Part shown: one piece after another, positions 24,996-35,864 of the stretch
How positions within the stretch are numbered: the first letter of the stretch is position 1
How the letters are laid out: the number at the start of each line of letters is the position of its first letter
From: Pseudovirgaria hyperparasitica
Taxonomy: Eukaryota
Assembly: GCA_010093815.1 (NCBI GenBank)
Contig: ML996565.1
Length of the DNA: 64,000 nt
Reading direction: 5' to 3' (one strand)
The notes under the pieces: generated by a model
The model's input: the letters and a program-made list of their open reading frames with translations, nothing else
Told to the model about the DNA's origin: nothing
Database searches by the model: none
Translations under genes and position numbers: made by a program

Positions 24996-26072
24996 TCAGA
25001 AATCGACCAATCGAACACCCACGCCCCGTTCTCTCGCCAGGTCAATTAGAGCTTTGCCCAGTGCAAGATCCATGATTCCTAGGCCAACACTCTTATATAC
25101 CACATTATCGTTCTCGAGCCAATCCTGTAACGACCTTACCGCCTCACCGGTCGTGGTCCTCTCCCTTTCTACCAACTGACCCATCTCCAGGATATGTTCA
25201 GGCTTTATGTCTGCTTTGACGATCTCACCAGCCTCTAAGTATGCCGCCTCTCCACTATCCACGAGAATCTCTCGACATTCGAGCTTTGTATACCATTGTA
25301 AGTAATCGGGAGGGATCTCTTGCATATCGAGCCTGTAAGATCCAATCGCTGAGATATAGCGCTTACTTTGGGAAGAAGCCGCGAGGACTTCAGTGCTGAA
25401 AAGGGGCTCCGTGCTAGGCGTAGTGCAGAAGATCACGTCGGCACATTGAATGTCCCCATGGTATGTATGCTCTCGAGACTTGTCGCCAGCCTCAACAATA
25501 TGGAATACAATGTGATCTGCGGCGTTACCACATTCCTGCTTGACCCGATGGACCATTTGTGACCCACGTGCTTGAGAGCGATTGATGACTGTGATACACT
25601 CGATATTTTTGCCGCGCAGGATTATTGCGAGACGGAGGTGCCAGAAAGCTTGCTTGCCAGCACCGAAGATGACGATGTTTCCAACTCGCGTTCTTTGATC
25701 AAAGATGAGCATTGCCCCCAATGAAGTTCTGAAGGCGGTGAATTCCCCAGCATTGATGACGCCAATGCACTGTCCAATATTGTCGCAGATGGTCAATGTG
25801 CAGCGGAGAGTGCTATCCTCCCCCGGTGCAGGAACACCGACCATCTTGACTGATGAACCAATCTCAAGTGTCGAAGGCATGAACAAAGTAGTGCGACCTG
25901 AGGGACGAGTGATCGCTGAGCGATGTAGCTGATACTTGCTTTCTTCGGCAGTAGAGTAGGCATGGAAAGCAGAACGAAGCGCTTCGGCCATGAACTTGAC
26001 GTCATCCTTGGTAAATGCACGGAAAAGTGCCTGGACAGCAGCATCAGAGAGGACTGTGAAATCTGTGGCCAT
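24996..26072 (-). CDS. Ornithine cyclodeaminase / mu-crystallin (ketimine reductase) family protein, fungal PrnX-like
   Basis: FTAFRTS, Rossmann IFGAGKQA, ADVIFCTTPST, AIGSY, EAGEI, YKSVGLGIMDL; first ATG at 26072. Confidence 0.88.
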   Translation of the reverse strand: MATDFTVLSDAAVQALFRAFTKDDVKFMAEALRSAFHAYSTAEESKYQLHRSAITRPSGRTTLFMPSTLEIGSSVKMVGVPAPGEDSTLRCTLTICDNIGQCIGVINAGEFTAFRTSLGAMLIFDQRTRVGNIVIFGAGKQAFWHLRLAIILRGKNIECITVINRSQARGSQMVHRVKQECGNAADHIVFHIVEAGDKSREHTYHGDIQCADVIFCTTPSTEPLFSTEVLAASSQSKRYISAIGSYRLDMQEIPPDYLQWYTKLECREILVDSGEAAYLEAGEIVKADIKPEHILEMGQLVERERTTTGEAVRSLQDWLENDNVVYKSVGLGIMDLALGKALIDLARERGVGVRLVDF

Positions 26073-26323
26073 TCTGATCGTGAGATGATAAGTCGTCGTA
26101 TTGTTCCTCTCCTGCCACGAAGTACGAAGTGGGGAGGCCAGTTGCAGGTGATCTGACTCGAATGGAAGCAAGCTCGCATCAAACTCGGCGTCACATAAAT
26201 GCCGCTCGGTGGGGAACATGAAGCGTATATTTCATACCGTTTGCAAAAATTATACAGCATGCGCCCTGGTACAAATAGGGGCCGAAGTTGGGGAATTCGA
26301 AATTCGCATAATTACTGATAGAG

Positions 26324-27692
26324 TTATGGCTCAGTCTTCGATCGGGAACTTGCTGCTCTTCGGGCTGCTAACAGGAACCCGGCGCCAATAAGCATTGAAA
26401 GGCCTCCCCATATCTGTAGGTATAAGAAGCCACCTGCATCTTCGTGTATGAGAGCTCCGGCAAGAGGAGGCCCAGTCAAGGTCGCGAAAGAGACTACTGT
26501 CAGGACCATGCCAGATCGCGTGCCCATCTTGCTGAGATCTGTGGTCAGACTCGGTAATCCTGCTAGGATCATGCCTTGAACTCCTCCATTGACCAAGCCA
26601 AAGAAGATGCTGAAAACATATAAACCTTTGATCGACTTGACTGCTATCCAGCAAAAATACATGATACCAGAGCTTATTACTATAGGCGTGAGAGTCTGGA
26701 ATGGCCCAAGGTAGGCATCAGATACCAGGGCCGGGACAAGGCGACCGGGAAGACCCATTGCGTTGAGAATCAAGAGTATAACGAGTGCTGTCGAGTCTGG
26801 GGCTCCAAGGACAGAAGATGCATAGATATTGATCTGATATCGTGTTAGTCAAGGTCAACGCATGTCTTCAGTAGACTTGCATAGTCGTATCCGATGTAGA
26901 CTGCCCATAAACATAGAAAGACACCAACGGTGAACAGAGAATATGGTGCTTCCTTCCAAGCCTCAAGCTCAACAAACTTTCCACTGCTCCGCCTTGGAAT
27001 ACGTGGTCTTCCCAAAGCAAATACAACTAGGCAGTTAAAGAGCACGACGAAGCCCATGACACGGACTGTCCAGCCAAACCCGATCCTGGGAAGCAGTTGT
27101 TGAGCAATTATGGGAAACACAACACCACCAGTGGCTGTTCCCGAAGTAGCAAAAGAGACAGCTAGTGCTCGCCTCTTCGCGAAATACGTCGCAACGCACG
27201 AGACGGTGGGAACATAGATGATGCCAGCCCCGATACCACCACATATGCCCTGAGCCATGAATAGTTGCCAGTACTGTGATGCCAGACTTGTCATGAATAT
27301 GGCAACGACCTGAAGAATGCTTCCCACTAGTAATGTTAGACGATAGTAGCCAGCGTCAAATACACGACCAGAGAGCGTGCTGATGAGTAGCAAAAGAAAG
27401 ATCTGAGTGCTTCCAGCCCACGATAGAGCGGATAGCGTTGTACCTGGAAAGGCGGATGCGTAGTAGTCGATGAAGAGTCCATAACTATTAAAGTAACCCC
27501 AGGTATTGAACAATACCAGGCTGCTCACAATGTCAGTCCCACCACACAGGATAAGAAAAAGTATGCTTACTGGGCTACAAGTACCTGGACCCAACCTTGA
27601 CCACCATCTGGAGGAGGTCCGACGTCTTCCACAGGATCAGGAAACGGAAAGAAGCCCAGAAACTCCAGAACTCGGTTGTTGCGCCGCTTCAT
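26324..27692 (-). CDS. MFS monocarboxylate-transporter (MCH/MCT) family protein
   Basis: PPPDGGQGWVQV, FNTWG, GRVFDAGY, YFAKRRALA, GFGWTVR; introns 27570..27521 (GT-AG) and 26880..26834 (GC-AG). Confidence 0.9.
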
Positions 27693-28986
27693 GGGATCGA
27701 ATCTGCTTCACGAGAGTGTGGCCCATGTGAGAAAGAGAGATGAAGTACATCGGATGCAGAATTAGTCATTCATGACGGAGTTAAGTACATCAAACAAAGC
27801 GAGATGTCACAGGCGGTCAGTAAGAGCGATGGATTGGGGCGCGGATAAAGTTCTCCATCAATAGTAAATACTTGTTGTCGTTATCTGTGGGCTCTAGGCG
27901 GAGCGTGCAGAAGGGTGGGACTGATCTGACGCATTACAGTATGAGTAATACGTGCCCTATCCTGCTGGCGCCCCTGTAATCGGCAGTTCCCCATTTTCGC
28001 CTCGGCCCGGAAGTCCGAATCCGGGAAAGTGACTGAGAAACTCAGAGAGGCTCTCCACAAGTTTGCTTTGCTGCAGCATAAAATGGGTATCATGGCCGCA
28101 TGTGGGTTTCGTCTTTCTAACGCCATAATCGTCTTATTCTTGCATACGACGTATCACGACGATTAAGCACTGTCGTCGAGTCGCGAGTCGCGAGTCATAG
28201 CCAAAGAGAAAGTGCAAAGTAGGCTAAAACAAAGGAACAACAAAGAAAGTCATATTCGTATATGCAGGTCAATGGATATCTCTGAGGAGCTGATCCATAC
28301 CAACGTTAGTGTGGGGAATTGGAAACTTTCGTCTCGTACATTTTGATCCTTCATCCTACGCACTCCCACCTCCAGGCTCCTTCGGTCCCTCAGGCCCTCC
28401 ATCAGCGCACTCTTTTGAAGAACAGATAACTATCACATGTGCCGAACTATGTCTTATGCACACTGTAAAAATGAAAGAGAAAGCTGAGCTGAGCCCATTT
28501 TGACCCATTGTTATCCTGTTAAATCAATGGACAATGCGTCATTCCAGAACTCCGTTAACAGCAGACAAAGACTCTGCAGATGATGCCAACCTTCTGATCC
28601 ACAATGGCATCACATCACACAACCGAACCATGGAGGAGGTAATGTACGCTACAGCGGTCAGCTTACTTATTATATGCCTGTATCCACTCTACTGTGCGAA
28701 AGCGGACTAAGGAAGTTTAGGATCTTAGACCTTACTAGCATGTAGGCGACAGCACTCGCCATATGATCTATAAGCTTACATGGTTATATTGTCACATATG
28801 GAGTACTCTGGAGATCTCGCTTGGCGCGGCTATTGCCATATGCCGGCCCCTTCTTTTGAGTTTCTCTATCTGCATTCGTGTCTGCAGAAAGGTCCACTCA
28901 TACGGAGTGTTAAGTATATAAGTCCCAGATCAAGGCAGTCCTGAAGATCAGATCTGACTGTATCCAAAGCTTTGTTTGTGGCTATT

Positions 28987-30639
28987 ATGGCTCCAGCAAA
29001 GATAACCGATGTTGCGTCCTTCGGACGACCAGACGAGCAGGACTTTTTTGGACCGTACCAGAAAGGCTCAGAGCGCATTGCGTCTTTCTTCGACAGCATT
29101 GTCAAGCTTGGTGTCGAATTCCGAGAACAACCGACAGTCCGGAGAGACCCAAAGCCTACCCCAGCTACTGTCCAGTTTGGATCCTTGCCTAAGACGGGCA
29201 TCAGTTATGACGAACTCCTGAAGGAGTTCAAGTCCATAGCTGATAATAGCGTCAACTGGGGTAGTCCAAACTGGACTGGTTTCCCAGATGCAGGAAATAG
29301 TGTTCCTTCACTTGGGGCCAGCCTCATGATTCCTCTCCTGAACCAGAATTTAGCGAACCAGGATGTCTGCTCACCAGAGGCTACTTTCAAGGAAATGGAG
29401 GTCGTACATTGGCTTCGCTCGAATCTGGGCTACGACACTCCGGAGAAATACACCAATGCACTAGAAGCTGGTGGTATTCTGACAATCGGCGGTAGTCTGA
29501 GCAATGCTATTGCTTTGATTGCTGCAAGAGAGTACACGTTCCCGGACTCTGGCCTCTATGGTCTGCCGGTGCTGCCAAAGTACGTTCGCGTCCTTGTACC
29601 GGATGTCATCGAGCACTACTCCATTCGATCAGCTCTGTCGTCCATTAGCTTAGGTGGAGCAAATGTTGTCCGCGTACCCGTCGACGACTCTTTCCGGATG
29701 AAGCTACCCGAGCTAGAACGATGCATCGACGAAGAACGAGCCGCTGGACGTCATGTTATGGCCTGCGTAGCCTATGCCGGAGACTCACGTACGAGTGCGT
29801 AGGCCATTCTTCAACTTTACCCCTTACTCAACTAATCTTACCGCATAGTGTGCATCGATAACCTGGACGCTATCGCTACTATTCTCAAACGTAAGAACGT
29901 CTGGTTTCACGTCGACGCCTGCCACGGCCAATCCCTCGCCTTCTCCTACACGCACAAGCACAAACTCAAAGGTATCGAGCGCGCTGACTCTGTCACCATC
30001 GACCCACACAAGGTGCTCTGGGTGACCTATGCATGCTCTTTCGTGTTATTCAAAGACCCCTCGACACTGGCCAAGGTCGGTGTAAGTACTGAGCTGATCC
30101 TGAAAACGCAGTGGAGTTTGGGCCAAATCACCCCTTTCATTGGCTCGAAAGGCTTCGATGCGTTGAAGCTCTGGGCTGCGATAAAGTACTTTGGCAACGA
30201 TGGCTTGTCGCGTTTGATAGACCAACGTCTTGCCTTGACTGCCCAGATCCAAGACGAGGTCCGGGCAAGGAGGAATTTGATTCTCATCAATGAGACGGAT
30301 ATAAATGCGTGTATCATCATGTTCTTCCCGGAATCACTTCAGGCTGGTGGCCAGCGTATTAGCAAGGATGATATGGATGAATTGAGCGGTGTGAACAAGG
30401 CGCTGAAGATGAAGATACAGGACGAAGGGAAATATTATATCCATGGGTTCCCGCTACGCAGAGTGAGTCATGAGCTTGTGCCTGTTGACTGGCCGGTGTA
30501 CATCCTGCGAACGATGAATGGTAATCCGTTGACGAGTATTGAGAGCGTCAAGGTGATCTTAGACGAGGTGGAGAGAGTGGGCGGACAGCTTTGGAGCGCT
30601 GCACAGAACGGTAAGAAGAGCGGAAAGGCAAAACTGTAG
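28987..30639 (+). CDS. Group II PLP-dependent amino-acid decarboxylase, substrate unknown
   Basis: GGSLSN, HYS, WFHVDACHG, DSVTIDPHK (PLP lysine), ALKLW; intron 29795..29848 gives GDSRTMCID. Confidence 0.9.
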
Positions 30640-30684
30640 ATATGCGCGACATTATAATCTTACTAGACTCTCACGAATGAAATC

Positions 30685-31977
30685 CTACACCTTCTCATCG
30701 TCTCCAATGCCAGGACTCTCCTCGAATTTCTCATAAACAGGCAGCTGCCACCCTCTCTTGCCAGCCGCCGGTAACACATATCCCATCAGTCTCTGCACTG
30801 GCTTACTACTCGCAAGCCCCATGACTGTATTGAATATCTTGACAGCCCAATCGCTCTGTGGCACAGCCAGCTGCGGCGCCCCTGGAATCAGCCACTGCAC
30901 CTCGTCCACAAACGGCCTCAGCACCCTCTCATAGCTCGCCAACGCCTCCTTGATATCCTCTGGATTCTTCGAGATCTCGCCCGCGAGCACATATGCGCCG
31001 GTAATTGCGGCAGCTGTGCCCATGCCCGAGATCGGCGACGGACAATATCCGGCATCACCAAGCAACGCGATGCGGCCCTTTGTGAAATGTTCAATTTTCG
31101 TCTGGGCGACGATCTGGAAGTAGAAATCGTCGCTCTTGCTCATTTCACCCAAGAATCGCTCCATCTGCCAGCCAGCGCCCGCAAACTCCTTTCTGAGTAA
31201 TGCCTCCTGCGCGTCTCGCCCCTCGTGCACCGCTGTTTCAAAGGCCTTGAAGCGCTCTGCGGTTGGCTTGTCTGCGACGCCGAGGAAGATGCGCGCGTTG
31301 TTGTCGCGATCGGGGCGTTTGAATGCCAGCAGACCGCGACCGAAGGAGAGCCATTGTGACCATGAGTCGTCGGATGGGATGGACGGAATGGTGAAGTAGG
31401 CGAGGTATTCGCCGAGGTGGTGCAGGTAGTCTTTGTTGTTGGGCCCACGGCCAAAGACCGCGCGGCGCGTGCGTGAGAGCATGCCATCGGCCGCGACAAC
31501 GAGGTCATAATCGCTGGGCGGGAGATGCGCGTTTGTGAACTCGACGTGAACTTTGCCATTGTCCGATTCCTCGATCGTTTTGACGGATTCGTCGTATACG
31601 TACTGTGCGTGGTCTTTGGAGATGTCCAGCAGGATCCGCGCCAGGTCGCCGCGCATGATTTCGTATTCGGATGTCGGACCTTGGTTTTTATCGTCGCCGG
31701 AGACGGGGAATGAGGCTTTCACGGCCCCTGAGACGTCGATGACTTGCATGCCGGATTCTGAGGTGTTAAGCGATTTAATGGTGGGTAGAATGCCCATCTT
31801 GCGGACGATGTCCACAGAGACGCCGCGGATGTCGACTGCTTGACCGGAGGTTCGAGGCGCTGGAAAGCGCTCTAGGATGGTGATTGTGCATGGGGTTGCG
31901 CGATGTAGCCAGTATGCGAAGGCGGGGCCAGCGATGCCGCCGCCGACGATGAGGACGTTGAGCTTAGGAGTTGTCAT
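30685..31977 (-). CDS. FAD-dependent monooxygenase (FAD_binding_3 family)
   Basis: GGGIAG, GQAVD, DLVVAADG, LLGDAGYCPSPISGMG; intronless, 430 aa. Confidence 0.92.
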   Translation of the reverse strand: MTTPKLNVLIVGGGIAGPAFAYWLHRATPCTITILERFPAPRTSGQAVDIRGVSVDIVRKMGILPTIKSLNTSESGMQVIDVSGAVKASFPVSGDDKNQGPTSEYEIMRGDLARILLDISKDHAQYVYDESVKTIEESDNGKVHVEFTNAHLPPSDYDLVVAADGMLSRTRRAVFGRGPNNKDYLHHLGEYLAYFTIPSIPSDDSWSQWLSFGRGLLAFKRPDRDNNARIFLGVADKPTAERFKAFETAVHEGRDAQEALLRKEFAGAGWQMERFLGEMSKSDDFYFQIVAQTKIEHFTKGRIALLGDAGYCPSPISGMGTAAAITGAYVLAGEISKNPEDIKEALASYERVLRPFVDEVQWLIPGAPQLAVPQSDWAVKIFNTVMGLASSKPVQRLMGYVLPAAGKRGWQLPVYEKFEESPGIGDDEKV

Positions 31978-33770
31978 TGTGAACGATGAAATGTATTTGT
32001 GTGGTTCATCTCTGCTTTGAAGGTGGATGTTGTTGGCGATATATAGCCCGTGTTTGAAGGAGGACGCATCTGGTTATGACATCATGTGTGAATACGATGC
32101 TCTTTCAGTGTACCCGTGGGATGGCCACGACATCGCATTCTTAGTTTGACGGGAGATGTCTCATCGCGAACGGGTAGATGGCCACGATCGCAGGTCAAAA
32201 GAGTCCGCATCTCGTGCTGGACTGAGGGTTGTGGGCGATGGAAATGGGCTCGATCTGAGCATTACGCCGAGAAACGGGAGATCGAGGCCGTACGAAGCTT
32301 GTCGTTTGTCCATACCTAGAAAGGCGAAAGTGTTTAGTGTCAAACACGGTTTCAATTGGCCAGCATCGTTGTGATCCGCAGTTCGCCCTCACGTCCGGCG
32401 AAAAATAACCGAAGGGAAATCCCATGGCCGTATCCGACAAGGAATGCGGCGCTCTTGGCCGATTTTTTACCGCTGGCATAACGAAGACACCCCAGAATCG
32501 TATGAACCTCGAAAATATGTCAAGACTAGCCTAGTTTTGAATAGATAGGAGTAAAGTTCGAAGTCTCATTTACCTACATCCACTTTTCTAGATACCATTT
32601 ATATATGATCTAGTCGAAATTTTACTTATGATTATTCTAGCCCTCCAAGTTTCTTAAACGATGGGAAGAAAGCCGGCCAAGGGGCGGCACAAGTTAAAGC
32701 CACGGTCACCTTGGCACTACCCATGACCCTGGGGGCCTGGACCCTCCCATATCTATTATTACTTCGATTTTTTCTAGGGCCATCTAAAATCATCACAAGA
32801 CGCTAAAGCCTTTACGGAAAGGTTGCCTATATAGCCCCTTTATCGTCTTATGAGTCTCAAGAGGCTTAGATATATTAGATATAGTCAGATCTCTGTTTCG
32901 GCGAGTCACTCCCTGTTGATGTTTGAGCACAAATATACTACTGCTGGGCTATCCTGGATAGTAGAGAGCATCTACAAGCAACTCACACTTCATCACATAG
33001 CACTATCGGCTATACTGCCGCTCTCATTCATTTTTTTCGCCAATACCCGCGGAGTAGCATGCTGTACGTTCTGGCTTTCGGCTCCTGCAGTGGCGAAATT
33101 TCTAAGATCAGCAGCCAATGACTGGGAATTCTCGGGACGAATTCTCATTTCCGTACATCGGATACACGAAATATCGTTCGACAATGGGATGAAGAAAAGA
33201 TAGAGGAGCTGTTGATGAAAGAGCATTAAAAAGGTCTGGGGTCGGATGCCAATAGAACCTCGCCAGGTCGCCCATCCATGCAAGAAAAGCGCTAGTGCTT
33301 GAGATGGTTAGCGTCGCGAACATAGATTGTTGCTTCGAAGAAAGCTTCATCACACCTGCAATCGCCTTATGCTATGCCGCCAGCCCGTCTGATATGCTCG
33401 CGGAGAAATAATAGGAGGCTAAAATAAAGATTCTTTGATTTGGTGGTGCGATGGCTATCTGTATAATTTCGACACAGCGCTAGCAAAGCACATCACAGAG
33501 CCGGTCCATACGGCACAGGTCTAACACCCTTGTCGCTATACAACAACTAACATACACTGCCTACTAAGTTTATCCTATATATATTTGCACTTCTGCTTGA
33601 CTCTTTATGTCGTACATGCCACTCAAACATCTCCGTCGCCAGCGTGGGGACATATCCCACAGTCCTTGACTCCGCACTGCCAACCAATTACCCGCCGAAC
33701 GATGCCAGTCTAATTTTGAAACCCATAAATTCAGAGCCAGACTAATAATAGAAGAGGTGATCCATGAAAT

Positions 33771-35633
33771 ATGGCGGGTTTATGGAGTCAACATCATGGT
33801 GAAGACGCATCAACGGGAGACTTATCCCTAGTAGAGTCGCGGCCATACACTCCGAAATCTAAAAATGAGGAAGAGAGCGACCAATCTTCCAATGCGTCGT
33901 CTCAGATCCTAGTTCCACCGCCAGAGCGCCCAACTCAGCCACATCCACTGTCAAGATCACTCTCGGTAGGGTCAAGAGTTGTAGCAGCTGTGGCCGTTCC
34001 ACACAATGAGCGTAGGGGGTTGCTTGCATTTCTGACACTTGTCCCAGAGGTCACGAAGCCTACTGACTATACCTCTACTACGAAATGGTCTCTAACGGCA
34101 CTTGGTATGCACCCGTTTACACACATGAGTGTCCTGGGCCTAATCCAGACCTTGTAGTTTCAATAGCGGCTGCTGCTGCTCCAGCTGGTTCCGCCATTAT
34201 CATGCCAGCCCTTGCTGACATTGCAGAAGACTTTGATTCCAACCCGACAGTGACGAATCTCAGCTTGGCACTCTACGTGCTTTCAATGTCCATATTTCCT
34301 CTATGGTGGTCGTCGTTCAGTGAGACACTGGGTCGACGAACAGTATATGTCGCCTCATTCAGCCTCTTCCTTGTCTGGAATGTCCTCTCTGCCGTTTCTG
34401 TGAATGTTATTATGTTCATAGTTATGCGTACTCTCAGTGGCGGTGCTGCCTCGAGCGTACAGGCTGTTGGAGCTGGGACGATTGCAGACATATGGGAGCC
34501 GAAAGACCGTGGGAAAGCCATGGGACTTTTCTATCTGGGACCACTATGCGGACCTCTCCTCGCCCCTATGATTGGAGGTGCTCTAGCTGATGCTCTAGGC
34601 TGGAGAAGCACACAATGGTTTCTGGTGGGATTCGGTGGGATCACCTTGATGGGCATCCTGCTTCTTCTGCCGGAGACTTTACTAAAACGTCAGCAAACTG
34701 TCGTAAGGACTACGAAAGTAACAGACCATGTATCGGAAACTGGAGACGTAGAGCCCAGACAAGACATCGATCCGGAAGCAGTCTTAGGGCCGAAACCTCT
34801 TAGACGCGCGTCCACGATGCAGAGCATCCAGCTCAAAACAAGCAAGTGGATTCGAGTACTACGACGATGTTTGGTTGATCCACTTTCAATTCTCCTTCTG
34901 CTCCGCTTCCCTGCTGTTCTTGTCACCGTATACTATGCTTCTATCGCTTTCGGCTCCTTATATGTACTAAACGTCTCCATACAGGAGACCTTCCGAATCC
35001 CACCATACGGATTTTCGGATTCTATCATCGGATTGCTGTACATTCCAAACAGCCTTGGCTACTTGATTGCCTCTCTCGTTGGCGGTCGGTGGGTTGACTA
35101 TATTATGAAGAGGGAAGCGAGTAAAGCTGGGCGATACGACGAAAAAGGAAGGCCGATCTTCCAACCTGAAGACCGCATGCGAGAGAACGCATGGCTGGGA
35201 GCGGTCTTGTTCCCCAGCGCGCTCCTCTGGTACGGGTGGGCTGCACACAATGGCGCGACTTGGATCATCCCGGTAAGCTCAAACACCCCTTTACCTCACT
35301 CCTTCGTGCTGACCAGGAATGCAACAGATGATTGCAAATTTTTTCTTTGGTATAGGCAGCATGTTAATCTTTCAACTCGCAACCACGATGCTTACAGAGT
35401 TTCTTCCACGCCAGGCGTCGACTGGTATTGCAGTGAATAACTTTGCGCGAAACATATTCGGCTTCGCTGGCTCTGTAGCTGCTGAACCTGCAATTTTAGC
35501 TATTGGGAATGGCTGGCTCTTCACTATTCTCGCCATTGTTGGTATCATCAGTGGTCCGATGTGTGTATGGAGCATGAAGAAGTATGGCACGAAATGGCGT
35601 GATTCGATGAATACTGCCATGAATGCAACATGA
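33771..35633 (+). CDS. MFS drug:H+ antiporter (DHA1, Qdr-like)
   Basis: PLWWSSFSETLGRR, GAGTIADIWEPKDRGKAMG, GPLLAPMIGG, PEDRM; introns 34105..34157 and 35273..35327. Confidence 0.92.
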
Positions 35634-35864
35634 GGTGTCGAAAACAGCACTTTAAAAAGCTAAACGTCATGTGGACTACAATACTGTGTTCATTTCTACT
35701 ACTTTTGCTTTCACCGATACTTGTCCACCTTTTAGGCAGCAGTGGCCTGGAACTTTTCACGTAGTGACTCGATTCATCAATACTTAAGGGTTTCTTTCCT
35801 TTCTTTTAGCTAGTCAACATCACCCGCATTATCTTTCCTGACTTCGCATCTGCCCACTTCGTCC

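Noticed and set aside
32500..33500. Possible RIP-damaged pseudogene or transposon relic (a + frame broken by TGA/TAA stops, AT-rich left flank)
   Set aside because: No recognisable domain, terminal repeats or target-site duplication; needs a tBLASTx search
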